In this document: positions 62,295 to 64,000 of the stretch, piece after piece | Numbering within the stretch: position 1 is the first letter of the stretch | Layout of the letters: each line of letters starts with the position of its first letter | From: Heterodontus francisci | Lineage: Eukaryota | Reading direction: 5' to 3' | Assembly: GCF_036365525.1 (NCBI RefSeq) | Contig: NC_090380.1 | Location: 43,669,682-43,733,681, forward strand | DNA: 64,000 nucleotides | Made by a program: the position numbers and the translations under genes | The notes under the pieces: model-generated | What the model was told of the DNA's origin: nothing | Databases searched by the model: none | What the model saw: the letters and a program-made list of their open reading frames with translations, nothing else

Positions 62295-64000
62295 GCATGG
62301 GTTGCAGCATGGGTTGGAACCTGGGATCTCAATGTTGTGGCTATTTCGGAGACATGGGTAGAGCAGGGACAGGAATGGATGTTGCAGGTTCCGGGATTTA
62401 GATGTTTCAGTAAGAACAGAGAAGATGGTAAAAGAGGGGGGGGTGTGGCATTGTTAATCAAGGAGAGTATGACGGCGGCAGAAAGGACGTTAGAGGACTC
62501 GTCTACTGAGGTAGTATGGGCCGAGGTTAGAAACAGGAGAGGAGAGGTCACCCTGTTGGGAGTTTTCTATAGACCTCCGAATAGTTCCAGAGATGTAGAG
62601 GAAAGGATAGCGAAGATGATTCTCGACAGGAGCGAGAGTAACAGGGTAGTTGTTATGGGGGACTTTAACTTTCCAAATATTGACTGGAAATACTATAGTT
62701 CGAGTACTTTAGATGGGTCAGTTTTTGTCCAGTGTGTGCAGGAGGGTTTTCTGACACAGTATGTCGACAGGCCAACCAGAGGCGATGCCACATTGGATTT
62801 GGTACTGGGTAATGAACCCGGACAGGTGTTAGATTGAGATGTAGGTGAGCACTTTGGTGATAGTGATCACAATTCGGTTAGGTTTATCTTAGCGATGGGC
62901 AGGGACAGGTATATACCGCAGGGCAAGAATTATAGCTGGGGGAAAGGAAATTATGATGCGATTAGGTAAGATTTAGGATGCGTAGGATGGGGAAGGAAAC
63001 TGCAGGGGATGGGCACAATCGAAATGTGGAGCTTATTCAGGGAGCAGCTACTGCGTGTCCTTGATAAGTATGTACCTGTCAGGCAGGGAGGAAGTTGTCA
63101 AGCGAGGGAGCCATGGTTTACTAAAGAAGTTGAAGCGCTTGTCAAGAGGAAGAAGGCGGCTTATGTTAGGATGAGACGTGAAGGCTCAGTTAGGGCGCTT
63201 GAGAGTTACAAGCTAGCCAGGAAGGATCTAAAGGGAGAGTTAAGAAGAGCGAGGAGAGGACACGAGAAGTCATTGGCGGATAGGATCAAGGAAAACCCTA
63301 AGGCTTTCTATAGGTATATCAGGAATAAAAGAATGACTAGAGTTAGATTAGGGCTAATCAAGGATAGTAGTGGGAAGTTGTGTGTGGAATCAGAGGAGAT
63401 AGGGGAAGCGTTAAATGAATATTTTTCGTCAGTATTTACAGTAGAGAAAGAAAATGTTGTCGAGGAGAATACTGAGATACAGACTACTAGGCTAGATGGG
63501 ATTGAGGTTCACAAGGAGGAGGTGTTCGCAATTTTGGAAAATAGATAAGTCCCCTGGGCCAGATGGGATTTATCCTAGGATTCTCTGGGAAGCCAGGGAG
63601 GAGATTGCAGAGCCTTTGACCTTGATCTTTATGTCATCATTGTCGACAGGAATAGTGCCGGAAGACTGGAGGATAGCAAATGTTGTCCCCTTGTTCAAGA
63701 AGGGGAGTAGAGACAGCCCTGGTAATTATAGACCTGTGAGCCTTACTTCGGTTGTGGGTAAAATGTTGGAAAAGGTTATAAGAGATAGGATTTATAATCA
63801 TCTTGAAAAGAATAAGTTCATTAGAGATAGTCAGCACAGTTTTGTGAAGGGTAGGTCGTGCCTCACAAACCTTATTGAGTTTTTTGAGAAGGTGACCAAA
63901 CAGGTGGATGAGGGTAAAGCCGTGGATGTGGTGTATATGGATTTCAGTAAGGCGTTTGATAAGGTTTCCCACGGTAGGCTATTGCAGAAAATACGGAAGT
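62295..64000 (+). mobile_element. CR1 ORF2 (APE to RT), runs off the window
   Basis: VVAISETW; GGGVALLI; YRPP; GDFN; SDH; KSPGPDGIYP; NYRPVSLTS; FSKAFDKV; a few stops and frameshifts. Confidence 0.92.

Overview
This is eukaryotic, repeat-rich vertebrate DNA. The repeat repertoire (HE1/V-SINE, Deu-domain SINE, abundant CR1 LINEs, Gmr1-like Gypsy elements, Harbinger transposons, Penelope-type termini) points to a cartilaginous fish such as a shark. The only recognisable host gene feature is the first coding exon of the kainate glutamate receptor gene GRIK1 on the minus strand (26739-26859). It has a CpG-rich 5' region and two tandem uORFs. Positions 1-26738 are therefore inferred to be GRIK1 intron 1, and about 27350-64000 is upstream sequence made mostly of nested transposons. 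Notable structures: (i) five copies of a short retro-inserted element that begins with a hammerhead-ribozyme-like core, two with target-site duplications; (ii) a three-LTR, RT-less Gmr1-like element bounded by one 5-bp TSD; (iii) a four-level nested TE stack at 41.4-54.2 kb that includes a full-length CR1; (iv) autonomous Harbinger relics plus several MITEs sharing GGGC-type TIRs. All family assignments come from motif recognition by eye; no database search was run, and coordinates of degenerate repeats are approximate.
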